Below are positions 8,628 to 18,124 of a stretch of 64,000 nucleotides of DNA, piece by piece; the stretch's first letter is position 1; every line of letters starts with the position of its first letter. The stretch covers positions 7,170 to 71,169 of the forward strand of contig CAZFYZ010000003.1 in the NCBI GenBank assembly GCA_964523735.1, written 5' to 3'. The stretch comes from an uncultured bacterium. Lineage in GTDB: Bacteria > Armatimonadota > UBA5829. The notes below the pieces were generated by a model. The model was not told the DNA's origin. It did no database searches and worked only from the letters and a program-made list of their open reading frames with translations. Position numbers and translations under genes: made by a program.

Positions 8628-10532
8628 CTACTGCACGTACTTCATCTTCTCCTTAGCTACCTCATTCTCCGGGTCGAGCTCGAGTGCACGGAGGAACTTC
8701 TGTTTTGCCCGCTCCCTATCTCCCTGATGCGACAAGCACCAGCCCCACTTGATCTGCGCGCGCACATCGAACGGCATCTCAGTCGCGTACTTGGCGAACT
8801 GCCTTTCGGCCTCCGTAAGATAGCGCCGGTCGTGTTTCGCTTGATACAGCATCACGCAGTTCTGGCCTATCTCCCATCTCCAAGCCAGTGTGCCACCACG
8901 CTTGAGCCCGTCTTCCGCTATCGCCAGCGACTCCTCATATCGCTCCAAGTCGCGAAGAATCCGTGCTTTCTTCAGCAGGCAATCGAGGTCTTTGCCTCCA
9001 CTCTTGGCGACAGCCTTTTCCGCCATCGCCAGTATCGCCTGTCGGTCCACAGTCTCAGGAGTAAACATCCCCAAGGTATCCGCTCGTAGAAGATAGACTT
9101 GGGGCGAGTCTTCCCCGAACACCTTCGCTGCCATCGCAAACACATTTTCGCGATCAGACTCGCTCCCTCCCCATTGCGGCGCGAAACACGCAGCATACTG
9201 CTCGTAGGGACCGATGCAGTTTGGCTCCATGCGCACCATAGCCTGGAAAGCCTTGTCTCTGTACTGGTCAATGCCGAGTGCCTGGCCAATGCAAAGCAGA
9301 TTGCTCCATCCGCCGTAGCAGTTGGGGTCAAGCTCAACCGAGATCAGCGATTCCCGCAGGCAATCGTCGCAGTTACTCCGCCAAGCCCTCTCCTCGGCGA
9401 AGCTCATCTTGGAGAAGTATCTACCCCTACGAACGTCGTTCGCGGCCGAATCGTAAGCTTGCGCCAACAGAGCATGGTAGTAGCCGTTGTGCGGCCATCG
9501 GTCGACCAGCAGCTTGCCCTCTCGGAGCGCGAGCTGGGTATCGCCCCGATCCAATGCTATACCGCACAAGCTGGCGTGTGCCCGCAGATTGTCACGATCG
9601 GCTCGGATCAGCGATTCCAAGCTCTCCTGGGCGCTTTGGTACTCACACTCCGAAGAGTAGAGAATCGCATCGAGCAAGGCCATGTTGGAGTTGCCCGGGA
9701 ACCGGCCGGCGAGGTTCGAGCGCAGGGTGGCCAGCTTCTGGTCGGTCTGTATATCGTGACACGACGAAGCTTGGACGTAATATTCGAGGAGCCTGATCAC
9801 GGCAAACGAGGAGGCAGGATCCGTCTGTGCGGCTTTCCACCGCAGCGAGAGGCATTGCTCGTTACTGCCGCAGAACACGCTTTGCCCGTAGAGCATGAGG
9901 GTGTCCGACCTGCTGAAGTTTGGCTTGGCGAGTTCCTTGCGCTGGTCGGAAGACAGGGACCAACCCAACTCGCTGGAGATCGTCGAGGCCAGCTCTGTCT
10001 GGAGACGTCCCAGGTCAGTTAGCTCGCCCGACGACTCAAGAGTCTTGACGATCTTGCTGTCCCAGGCATCGGTTACTCGAGCCGAGACCGTAACCTGGCC
10101 GCCGGATGCGCGAAAGCCGCCTGTGAGAACGTAGCGCACTCCGAGAGATCGACCCATCTTGGTGGCCAGTGCATCCGAGGGAGCCTGATACGGAGGGAGC
10201 TTCTGGGCGCGCAGTGCATCGCTGAACGATGTCGTTGAGGGCTGCTGGCTCACGGTTGTGGGCGCACAATAGAGGCGGTCGGCCAATGCTCTGGCAAACC
10301 CGACTGAGTAGAGTTTGGCGTCACTATCACCCGAGGGTGTGAAGGGAAATACGGCCAGTGTGTCTTCAGGTGCGGGACCCTTAGGGAGAACGACCCCAGT
10401 CGATCGCCTGCCGCCGGAGCCAGCGCCGCCGCGGCCGAACAGATCCGACGAAGTCTTGATCGCGAAGATCGCGCCCCCAATCCAGATGGCGCAGACGACC
10501 ACGACCGCCGTGATGACGATGGTTTTCCCCAT
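8628..10532 (-). CDS. TPR-repeat protein with N-terminal membrane anchor
   Basis: I place the start at MGKTIVIT (ATG 10532), which has a GGAGG RBS 9 nt upstream. It has an N-terminal TM helix and multiple TPR-like helical repeats. Confidence 0.75.
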   Translation of the reverse strand: MGKTIVITAVVVVCAIWIGGAIFAIKTSSDLFGRGGAGSGGRRSTGVVLPKGPAPEDTLAVFPFTPSGDSDAKLYSVGFARALADRLYCAPTTVSQQPSTTSFSDALRAQKLPPYQAPSDALATKMGRSLGVRYVLTGGFRASGGQVTVSARVTDAWDSKIVKTLESSGELTDLGRLQTELASTISSELGWSLSSDQRKELAKPNFSRSDTLMLYGQSVFCGSNEQCLSLRWKAAQTDPASSFAVIRLLEYYVQASSCHDIQTDQKLATLRSNLAGRFPGNSNMALLDAILYSSECEYQSAQESLESLIRADRDNLRAHASLCGIALDRGDTQLALREGKLLVDRWPHNGYYHALLAQAYDSAANDVRRGRYFSKMSFAEERAWRSNCDDCLRESLISVELDPNCYGGWSNLLCIGQALGIDQYRDKAFQAMVRMEPNCIGPYEQYAACFAPQWGGSESDRENVFAMAAKVFGEDSPQVYLLRADTLGMFTPETVDRQAILAMAEKAVAKSGGKDLDCLLKKARILRDLERYEESLAIAEDGLKRGGTLAWRWEIGQNCVMLYQAKHDRRYLTEAERQFAKYATEMPFDVRAQIKWGWCLSHQGDRERAKQKFLRALELDPENEVAKEKMKYVQ

Positions 10533-10562
10533 ACGGGCACACCTCCAGCATCTAGCGCGCAT

Positions 10563-10618
10563 TATTCGCGAGGAGCGTGAATAATATGCTCCCCGGCCCC
10601 GGATTATGCTTGCAGAGC
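10563..10618. terminator. two adjacent palindromes (GCATTATTCGCG/CGTGAATAAT and CCGGATTATGCT-tgcag-AGCATAATCCGG) between convergent/tandem minus-strand genes
   Basis: Perfect 12-bp arms at 10590-10618. The motif GGATTATGC...GCATAATCC recurs at 52029-52057. Confidence 0.5.
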
Positions 10619-10679
10619 ATAATCCGGGCTAACTAGCTGGAGATGTATTCAACAAGCCAGGCCAGATACCTCTTCTTGC

Positions 10680-11771
10680 CTACGCCAGCCCCAGCGCGTC
10701 GTCGACTTCCGACAGGCGGTCGATCACAGAGAGCTTGTTCGGGCATTTGGGCTCGCACTCACCGCACTTGATGCACGATGATGCTCGCTTGGCTTCCTCC
10801 AGCCCTTTGTACTGCTCGCGCGCCCAGTCGGTGAGCCCGTAGACCTTGGCCATGTTGTAGAGGTGAAAGTTGTGAGGGATGTCCACGCCCTGGGGGCAGT
10901 CCATGCAATACCGGCAGGCGGTGCAGAAGTCCTTGCCAAGGTCCGCGAACTCATCGAGAATCGCCTGCATTCGAGCGTGGTCTTCAGCAGTCGCGCCTGT
11001 GAAGGCATTCACGGTAGCGAGGTTCTCTTCGAGCTGTTCGAGTGAACTCATGCCCGAGCACGCGCAGCTGATGTTGGGGTTCGAGAGCACGAACTGCAGT
11101 GCGGCGGCGGCCGTCGTTTTGGCTCCTCCCGGTATCAGCGACTGGATCTGAGGCGCGGGACACGCCAACATGCCTCCGGCGACCGGGCACATGGCGATCA
11201 CGCCGACCCCCAACTCCCCCGCGCGCTTGATGGTGGGCTCGAAGTGCCGGTCCAGCAGGCTGTAGGGGATCGTCAGGCTGTCGAAGAGGCCTGTCTCGAT
11301 GCATTTGGTGAAGTTCTCGGGCGTGTCGTGCCCGGTGAAGCCGATGTGGCCGATGATGCCCTCGGATCGCGCCTTGTCCAGCGCCGTCAGCGGCCCGTCC
11401 GGCTTCGTGAGGAACTCCATCTGATCGAGCGCGAACCAGCCCACCTGGAAGAACTCGAGGTAATCGACCCCCAGGATCTCCATTTGCAGGTCGATCTCGG
11501 CGCGGTAGCTATCGGCCGTGGTCTCTGCTCGAATGCCCGCTTTGCCGGAGACGATGAGCCCTTTGCTCCGACCCTTGAGCCCCGGACCCGTCAGATGCTG
11601 ACACTTGCCGTCGATGTACCAGCGAGTTGTCTCGAAGTAGTTGACGCCGTCGGCTATGCACTGATCAATGATCTGCGCAGATAGCTCCGGGTCCTCCGCC
11701 GGGAGCCGCATACACCCCATAGCCAGCGCGGAGACCTGAAGTCCTGTTTTCCCAAGTGGTCGGTATTGCAT
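10680..11771 (-). CDS. aldo/keto reductase fused to a C-terminal 4Fe-4S ferredoxin-type domain
   Basis: The N-terminus MQYRPLGKTGLQVSALAMGCMRL is an AKR start. The C-terminus carries CTACRYCMDCP...CIKCGECEPKCP Cys clusters. Confidence 0.85.
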   Translation of the reverse strand: MQYRPLGKTGLQVSALAMGCMRLPAEDPELSAQIIDQCIADGVNYFETTRWYIDGKCQHLTGPGLKGRSKGLIVSGKAGIRAETTADSYRAEIDLQMEILGVDYLEFFQVGWFALDQMEFLTKPDGPLTALDKARSEGIIGHIGFTGHDTPENFTKCIETGLFDSLTIPYSLLDRHFEPTIKRAGELGVGVIAMCPVAGGMLACPAPQIQSLIPGGAKTTAAAALQFVLSNPNISCACSGMSSLEQLEENLATVNAFTGATAEDHARMQAILDEFADLGKDFCTACRYCMDCPQGVDIPHNFHLYNMAKVYGLTDWAREQYKGLEEAKRASSCIKCGECEPKCPNKLSVIDRLSEVDDALGLA

Positions 11772-11867
11772 GAGTAGGCCTTTCTTGCACAAGCGGGACG
11801 AGCCAATAGACCGGCTCGTCCCGCCCAACTTCACTAATAGCCTCTTACTCCCGCCAGGCGCTAACTC

Positions 11868-13310
11868 CTACCATTCGGTGCGGATAGTGTAAGTGACGAT
11901 CGTCTCCCCGTCCTTTGCGACCTTGACGGGGAACTCGATTGTGTGGGCATCCTTCTTCACGAAGTCGTGGCTGTGCTGGATGACTTTCCAGTCCGACCAG
12001 ACGTGATCGACAACTTTGACCTCTACCGGGGTCTCTTTGTGGTTCCTGATCTTGACCTCAAAGGTCTCCTCGATGATGCGATCAGAGATCTTCTCGTAGT
12101 TCGTGCGCTTGTAGTCGCCGACTACATCAAACGCATCGCCCACGTAGAGCCTGATCTTCTCATCCTTGGGCGTGTGGTCGATGGTGTCCTCGCCGATGAA
12201 CTGCTGGCTGCCGGTATCGTCGAGCTTGTAGACTCGAACAGTGCCCTTCGGCAGCGGCATGCCCATGTTGTTCTGCTTCGAGTTCTTGGCCTCGAGAACC
12301 ACGTTCACCTTGTGATAGTTGGACGTGTCATACCCGCCGCCCGGATCACCCGTCCGGCCCGGATACCACCACGACCGCCACCAGTCACGCCGCCCGTCGT
12401 AGATCATCTCCTTGGTCACCGGCGCGTTCGACGCATTCAGAAGCGAGAGCTGCTTGGTCTCATTGTCCCTGATCGTGGTCGGCCGAGCCATCGTGTACAT
12501 GTGATACTCGAAGAACGACTTCTCCTGGAACTGGGGCTCGGCCTTTGCAGCAAATCTTCCCATGGCGCCGTAGCTGTCATACACAGGCTGGTTCCGGACT
12601 TGCCGTCTTACATCCCCAGCCATCAGAGTGAGCTTAGCGTTCTCGTAGGTCACGCCTGCCTGGTTGTTGAGCGTAACCCAGCCGGACAGGTCGAGCGCGG
12701 TGTCATCTTTGTTGACCAACGCAACGTAGTCAGCTTTCCAGCCGATCCCTTCGGTGATGTAGCTGATCTCAGCCTGCTGCTCGCCCGCGCGATCAGAGTC
12801 CAGTAGCCAGTTGAGGGTCGGCTTGGGGTGCAGCCCCTCGGGCATCTTCTCGAGCGAGATCATACCGCTTGGATTGAGCACGATCACGCCCTGATCGCTC
12901 TTTACGACCGTACCCCCATTACTCGGGGGGTTCAGCAGCACGCCTTGTTGGACGATGGGCTGGCCCTGCTCCGTTTCCCTGATGAACGTCAGCCTCTGCC
13001 CCACAGACTTGTTCAGGATGTTCTGTGGCGAGATCAGGTCGTACTGGTAGTTCTGCTCCAGTATGGAGACCGAGTTCGGCGCGGTGAACGACTTGAACAA
13101 CACGCTCGTGGGGTCGATCTTCGCGGCAACGTCCTCGACGTCGATCGAGGTGATGCCTTTCGTCAGGTTCACCGTGCGCACGTCCTTAACGAGCGCGAAG
13201 TTCTGGTTGTAGACCGTGAGCTGGACCGACTTCGGCCCCGACACCGTCTGCGCGCCGCAAGCCAACGACAGTGCGAAAATGAAGAGCAAGGTACTGCAAG
13301 CGAGTCTCAT
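11868..13310 (-). CDS. secreted DUF4139/TIGR02231-like protein (paralog 1 of a tandem pair)
   Basis: The MRLACSTLLFIFALSLA signal peptide has a GGAGG RBS. It is about 80% identical to the adjacent upstream gene. The family name is a tentative recollection. Confidence 0.7.
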   Translation of the reverse strand: MRLACSTLLFIFALSLACGAQTVSGPKSVQLTVYNQNFALVKDVRTVNLTKGITSIDVEDVAAKIDPTSVLFKSFTAPNSVSILEQNYQYDLISPQNILNKSVGQRLTFIRETEQGQPIVQQGVLLNPPSNGGTVVKSDQGVIVLNPSGMISLEKMPEGLHPKPTLNWLLDSDRAGEQQAEISYITEGIGWKADYVALVNKDDTALDLSGWVTLNNQAGVTYENAKLTLMAGDVRRQVRNQPVYDSYGAMGRFAAKAEPQFQEKSFFEYHMYTMARPTTIRDNETKQLSLLNASNAPVTKEMIYDGRRDWWRSWWYPGRTGDPGGGYDTSNYHKVNVVLEAKNSKQNNMGMPLPKGTVRVYKLDDTGSQQFIGEDTIDHTPKDEKIRLYVGDAFDVVGDYKRTNYEKISDRIIEETFEVKIRNHKETPVEVKVVDHVWSDWKVIQHSHDFVKKDAHTIEFPVKVAKDGETIVTYTIRTEW

Positions 13311-13321
13311 TGCGGTTCCTC

Positions 13322-14764
13322 CTACCACGTTGTCCTAATCGTATACGTCACGACCGTCTCCCCGTCCTTGGGAACCTTCACGGGGAACTGAATCGTGTGA
13401 GCGTCTATCTTGTTCAGCGAGTGGCTGGCCTCCGTGACCTTCCAGTCCGACCAGACGTGATCGACAACTTTGACTTCTACCGGGGTCTCTTTGTGGTTCC
13501 TGATCTTGACCTCGAAGGTTTCCTCGATCGTGTCGCGGCCGATCTTCCGGTAGTCCGTCCGCTTGTAGTCGCCGACTACATCGAAAGCATCGCCCACATA
13601 GAGGCGGATCTTCTCGTCCTTGGGAGTATGATCGATCGTGTCTTCGCCAATGAACTGCTGGCTGCCGGTATCATCGAGCTTGTAGACCCTGATGGTGCCC
13701 TTCGGCAGAGGCATGCCCATGTGGTTCTCTTTGGAGTTCTTGACCTGCAGAACCACGTTCACCTTGTGATAGTTCGAGGTGTCGTACCCGCCGCCGGGTT
13801 CGCCCGTCCGACCGGGGAACCACCAGGACCGCCACCAGTCGCCGCGGCCATCGAAGATCATCTCCTTGGTGACAGGCACGCCGGACGCGTTCAGGAGCGA
13901 GAGCTGCTTTGTCTCTTTGTCACGGATAGTGGTCGGCCGCTCCATCGTGTACATGTGATACTCGAAGAACGACTTCTCCTCGAACTGAGGCGCAGGCGCT
14001 GCAGACGGCATGGCAATGGCATTATCGTAGTAGAGGTGCTCTTCCTGAGGCTGCTGCCGTCTCACATCCCCAGCCATCAGCGTTAGCTTCGCGTTCTCGT
14101 AAGTCGCCCCTGCCTGGTTGTTCAGCGTTACCCATCCGGACAGGTCGAGGGCAGTATCGTCCTTGTTGACCAACGCGACGTAGTCCGCCTTCCAGCCAAT
14201 CCCGTTGGTCATGTAGCTGATCTCGGCCTGCTGTGCGCCCGCACGGTCTGAATCCAGAAGCCAGTTCAGCGTCGGCCTCGGGCGCAAGCCCTGGGGCATC
14301 CTCTCAAGAGATATCTGGCCCGTCGGGTTCAGCGTGAGCCTGCCGTCGTCGCCCTTCACCACGGTCCCGCCATTGCTCGGCGGGTTGAGCAGCACGCCCG
14401 ACTGCGCAACCGGCTGCCCCTGCTCGTTGAACCGCGTGAACGTGAGCCGCTGCCCCACAGACTTGTTGAGGATGTTCTCTGGCGAGATCAGGTCATACTG
14501 GTAGTTCTGCTCCAGTATCGTGATCGAGTTCGGCGCAGTAAGCACTTTGAAGAGGACGCTGGTGGGATCTATCCTGGCCGCCACGTCCTCTACCTCAATG
14601 GACGTCAGCCCCTTCTCAAAAGTGAGCCATCGCACGTCTTTCACAAGCGCAAAGTTCTGGTTGTAGACCGTCAGCGCGACCGAATTGGGCTGATTGGCCG
14701 CCTGCGCCCCGCAGACAGACGCCGCAACGGCAAGCAAGATCATTGATATGACGAAATGCTTCAC
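13322..14764 (-). CDS. secreted DUF4139/TIGR02231-like protein (paralog 2), GTG start
   Basis: The start is GTG with a GGAGG RBS 10 nt upstream. It has a signal peptide, MKHFVISMILLAVAASVCGAQA. It is tandemly duplicated with 11868-13310. Confidence 0.7.
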   Translation of the reverse strand: MKHFVISMILLAVAASVCGAQAANQPNSVALTVYNQNFALVKDVRWLTFEKGLTSIEVEDVAARIDPTSVLFKVLTAPNSITILEQNYQYDLISPENILNKSVGQRLTFTRFNEQGQPVAQSGVLLNPPSNGGTVVKGDDGRLTLNPTGQISLERMPQGLRPRPTLNWLLDSDRAGAQQAEISYMTNGIGWKADYVALVNKDDTALDLSGWVTLNNQAGATYENAKLTLMAGDVRRQQPQEEHLYYDNAIAMPSAAPAPQFEEKSFFEYHMYTMERPTTIRDKETKQLSLLNASGVPVTKEMIFDGRGDWWRSWWFPGRTGEPGGGYDTSNYHKVNVVLQVKNSKENHMGMPLPKGTIRVYKLDDTGSQQFIGEDTIDHTPKDEKIRLYVGDAFDVVGDYKRTDYRKIGRDTIEETFEVKIRNHKETPVEVKVVDHVWSDWKVTEASHSLNKIDAHTIQFPVKVPKDGETVVTYTIRTTW

Positions 14765-14851
14765 TGTGGTGATACCTCCTGTATCATCTTAGACCCGCAA
14801 CAGGCGATGAGCTTCACTGTGGGAGCATTATACCACTCAATGAGACGTTGT

Positions 14852-14880
14852 TTGACAACCGGGCATTCTGAAGCTATACT
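14852..14880 (+). promoter_or_regulatory. near-consensus promoter TTGACA-17 nt-TATACT upstream of the PEP-CTERM gene
   Basis: TTGACA at 14852-14857 and TATACT at 14875-14880. The ATG at 14960 has a GGGAGAG RBS. Confidence 0.5.
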
Positions 14881-14959
14881 CCAAAATGGCTGCTCGCTTC
14901 AGTAAGAGTGGCGACCAATATTGACAATTTGCGGAATGTTCACATACTGGGGAGAGACT

Positions 14960-16027
14960 ATGATCCCGACAAGAACGCTGGTCCTATGCTTGCTCATCAT
15001 CGCCGTGATCGCAGCGGCAGGCGATTGCGAGGTCCGATATACGGTTCGGGACATCGGAAGCCCAACAAGCCAGCAGATAGCCGTACTTGCCAGCCTCAGT
15101 GAGGACGGCAGATACGCAGCCGTGGCGGCCTACGACTCCTCGAGCCCGGTGAGGCGTGCCTACCGCTGGAGCCAGGAAGGCGGCTGGCAGGGCATGGATG
15201 GCACATCTCCCCACGACTCGTACGTCCCGCTCGCCGTCAACAGCTTGGGGCAGGTTGTGGGCCAATCCACAAGCTCAGGGTCTACCGCCGGCTTCCTATG
15301 GGAAGGCAACACAGTGTCCCAGTTGTCAGCATCTGGCGATTCCAAAGGCGCTTACGATATCAACGATAACGGGCAGATCGTAGGTATAGGCGGCAACTGG
15401 CACGCTTGTCTGTGGCAGGGCGGCCAAGCTTCCGATCTAGAGGTCTTGCCAGGCGACGCCATCAGCTACGCGCAGGCCATCAGCCCCGGCGGTGTGGTGG
15501 CCGGTATTTCCTACTTGAGCATATCCTCGCAGCGCATCTTCCTCTCCATCGACGGCAGGATGAGAGAAGCGGGAAGCTTTGGCGAAGAGGATTGGATCGG
15601 TGACGTAAATGACAGCGGACAGATCGTGGGCCAGATTCGCGACGGATCGCAGTCGCTACATGCCTTTCTTCTCAGCAACGGCGTGATGAACTACCTGAGC
15701 ACACCTCAGCCCACCGCCAGCGGGGCGCAGAGCATCAACAATAAGGGCCAAGTCGTCGGGTACGCGGATATGTCAGCCTTTCTGTGGGAGAACGGTGTTG
15801 GGACGGACCTCAACACTCTCGTAGATCCCGATTTGGGTTTTCGCCTCTACTTCGCACCCGCCATCAACGAATCAGGACAGATACTCTGCACAGGCTTCGA
15901 CAGCACCACACGCGCCTACCGTATGTGCATCCTCACGCCGGTCCCAGAACCCTCAGCGTTCATTGCTCTGATCACTGGCATCGGCGCGCTCGCGTGGCGA
16001 AGACGTAAGCATCCTAGCTGCAGCTAG
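14960..16027 (+). CDS. PEP-CTERM sorting-domain protein with HAF-family extracellular repeats
   Basis: The C-terminus VPEPSAFIALITGIGALAWRRRK is the canonical PEP-CTERM (exosortase substrate) motif. The repeated (A/Y)xINDNGQIVG motif marks HAF repeats. A signal peptide is present. Confidence 0.85.
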   Translation: MIPTRTLVLCLLIIAVIAAAGDCEVRYTVRDIGSPTSQQIAVLASLSEDGRYAAVAAYDSSSPVRRAYRWSQEGGWQGMDGTSPHDSYVPLAVNSLGQVVGQSTSSGSTAGFLWEGNTVSQLSASGDSKGAYDINDNGQIVGIGGNWHACLWQGGQASDLEVLPGDAISYAQAISPGGVVAGISYLSISSQRIFLSIDGRMREAGSFGEEDWIGDVNDSGQIVGQIRDGSQSLHAFLLSNGVMNYLSTPQPTASGAQSINNKGQVVGYADMSAFLWENGVGTDLNTLVDPDLGFRLYFAPAINESGQILCTGFDSTTRAYRMCILTPVPEPSAFIALITGIGALAWRRRKHPSCS

Positions 16028-16146
16028 TTACCCTCTTCATCAACTGGGGGCTGGCACTAGAGACCAGCCCCCAAAACCGACTGATCCCCTTTGTGCTTTC
16101 CCCCTTTCGTGTTTTCGTGACTAGAAGAGCCAAGTGCGACCACGAC

Positions 16147-16566
16147 CTATCCCAGCCCTCTACCCGTAGTTGCGCAGACAAGCTGACCGTGCTTGACGCC
16201 GCGGGTGCTGATCAGCGTGTCAGCGATCTTCCTGACGCGCGCGCTCTCGCCTCGCGCGATGATCACCTCGAGGCAGTTGTGATGATCCAGATGGATATGA
16301 GTAGAGCAGAGGATGTGGTCGTGGAAGTCGTGCTGGACATCCGTCAGCACGCTGGATAGCTCGTGCTGATGGTGGTCATAGACTATCGTGATCGTACCGA
16401 CTACCTCCGCATCTGGCTCCGCCCACTCCTCCTTCACAAGCTCCTGCCGCACCAGGTCTCTGATGGCCTCCGAGCGCGACTTGTAGCCGCGTGACCCGAT
16501 CAGCTCATCGAAGCCGGAGAGCAGGTCGCCCTCCATAGAGACCCCGAACCGCTCCAATCCCGCCAT
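16147..16566 (-). CDS. nikR: nickel-responsive transcriptional regulator NikR
   Basis: The N-terminal RHH (MAGLERFGVSMEGDLLSGFDELIGSRGYKSRSEAIRDLVR) matches E. coli NikR. The C-terminal His/Cys nickel site is HHQHE...HDH...H.H.DHHNCLE. A GGAGG RBS is present. Confidence 0.85.
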   Translation of the reverse strand: MAGLERFGVSMEGDLLSGFDELIGSRGYKSRSEAIRDLVRQELVKEEWAEPDAEVVGTITIVYDHHQHELSSVLTDVQHDFHDHILCSTHIHLDHHNCLEVIIARGESARVRKIADTLISTRGVKHGQLVCATTGRGLG

Positions 16567-16664
16567 TGCGCTACACCTCCGTACCACGATCACATGCCAT
16601 CGTGTTACTACTACCGGGAGACACGTCTCTCCTCCGTGTAGAAAGCGGCGATGAATATCCGCAG

Positions 16665-16716
16665 TTGTAGCAGGCGTCTCCGACGCCTCCCAGGGCGTCA
16701 GAGACGCCCGCTACAG
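16665..16716. repeat. 52-bp MITE/REP-like element: TTGTAG-ca-GGCGTCtccGACGCC-tcccag-GGCGTCagaGACGCC-cg-CTACAG
   Basis: This is a single copy of the same hairpin family as the tandem arrays. Two 15-bp perfect hairpins are flanked by inverted hexamers. Confidence 0.8.
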
Positions 16717-16816
16717 CTCTATCGCGACAGCCGCACTCCAGAGCGCACTTGACAAGGCCGACAGACGGTGTTACGATCTTCCAATTAGTGCTACTTTGAT
16801 CGGAGGGCGAAGGAGA

Positions 16817-18124
16817 ATGAAGCAGATCGTATTACTGGTTGCCCTGCTGTGCTGCTTTCTGGCCGCGGGCTCCTGCAACGCATACACTGTCTGGGACTAT
16901 CAGGCACTGAATGCGGACGGAACAGGCAGCAACCCGCTGGTTGGCGCTGACCCGATCGAGGCGAACAGGATCACCATCGAGGGAATCGCGCTTGCCGGCG
17001 TGGACGAGCTGTGGAGCCCCGCGCAGATGTATACGGCGTTCGTGCAAGACGACACGGCCTCGAGGAGCGGAATGCAGGCATGGGCAGGAAGCTGGTGGTA
17101 TGGATCAAGCTGGCGGCCGACGGCCGACTACCCCGACTTCCAGGCAGGAGACCGAGTGAGGATCACCGGCTTGCTAGACGACCACAACGGCAAGGTCTTC
17201 ATCAATGACCGTCACTCGAGCGCGCCGGATACCAGATGGACCCTGACCGTGCTTGGGCACCCGGGTCTGCCTGATCCCGAGCTTCTGCCCGGCATATCGA
17301 ACTGCAACTACTTCGACCAGACGCGCACGGACGGCGGCGAACGATACCAGACCCGGTTCGTAATGCTGCACGGCGTCGAAGTCACGGATGGGACATGGGC
17401 CGGGGGAGGCCAGGTCACTATCTCGGACGGATCTGGTTCGGTCGACATGCGCCTTTCGGGGATGGGCAACTTCACCGGGACAGCGCAGCCGGTCGGTAAG
17501 ATCAACGTAGCCGGCATTATGGATCAAGAAGACACCGCCGCCCCATTCGTCGACAGCTATCGCGTCATCCTGAAGAAGTATGAGGACATCGCGCTGGCGC
17601 TCAATGCTTGCCGCGAAGCACGCGACCACGATAGCGAGCGCGTGGCATTGGTCAACAAGGTCGTCTCGAGAGTCTACGACGGCTCCTTCTACATACAGGA
17701 CCAGGATCGAACCGGCGGCATCAGGGTGATGAGCCCGCGTGAGTTCGAGCCGGGCGACGTTGTCAGCGTCCACGGCACGGTCTCCATGATCGACGGGGAG
17801 GCCGCGATCACTCCGCGATACCTGACGCTCTCCAAGGCAGCTCCCAAGCCTCTCCTCGTAAACAGCAAGACGCTGTGGGGAGAGGGCGGGCTGGATGCGA
17901 CCGGCTTGCTGATCAGGTGCTCGGCGACCGTGGGCGCGGATCAGGGTGATGGAAGCTGGACAGTGAAGGATGATAGCGGCAGGACGATCCTCGCCAGGAC
18001 TAACGGCCTCGCGATGCCCCCGCCCGGCACGCGGGTCGCGATCACCGCCGTCGCCACCAGGAACACCAGTGGCGTGCCGGTCCTGCTTGTCGCCAGTTCG
18101 CATGACGCTCAGGTAGTTGAGTAG
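16817..18124 (+). CDS. secreted hypothetical protein
   Basis: Signal peptide MKQIVLLVALLCCFLAAGSC. No family was recognised. It overlaps the next gene by 8 nt. Confidence 0.65.
   Translation: MKQIVLLVALLCCFLAAGSCNAYTVWDYQALNADGTGSNPLVGADPIEANRITIEGIALAGVDELWSPAQMYTAFVQDDTASRSGMQAWAGSWWYGSSWRPTADYPDFQAGDRVRITGLLDDHNGKVFINDRHSSAPDTRWTLTVLGHPGLPDPELLPGISNCNYFDQTRTDGGERYQTRFVMLHGVEVTDGTWAGGGQVTISDGSGSVDMRLSGMGNFTGTAQPVGKINVAGIMDQEDTAAPFVDSYRVILKKYEDIALALNACREARDHDSERVALVNKVVSRVYDGSFYIQDQDRTGGIRVMSPREFEPGDVVSVHGTVSMIDGEAAITPRYLTLSKAAPKPLLVNSKTLWGEGGLDATGLLIRCSATVGADQGDGSWTVKDDSGRTILARTNGLAMPPPGTRVAITAVATRNTSGVPVLLVASSHDAQVVE

Noticed and set aside
9099-10022. Numerous long ORFs antisense to or overlapping confident genes (for example 9099-10022, 11943-12806, 13310-14086, 17174-18346, 20323-21030, 24305-25024, 33120-34022, 33251-33931, 37510-38397, 50318-51313, 52962-53522)
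   Set aside because: These are typical shadow ORFs of a GC-rich genome. They have Arg/Pro/Gly-rich low-complexity translations and no motifs, and they are fully nested in better-supported genes on the other strand or frame.
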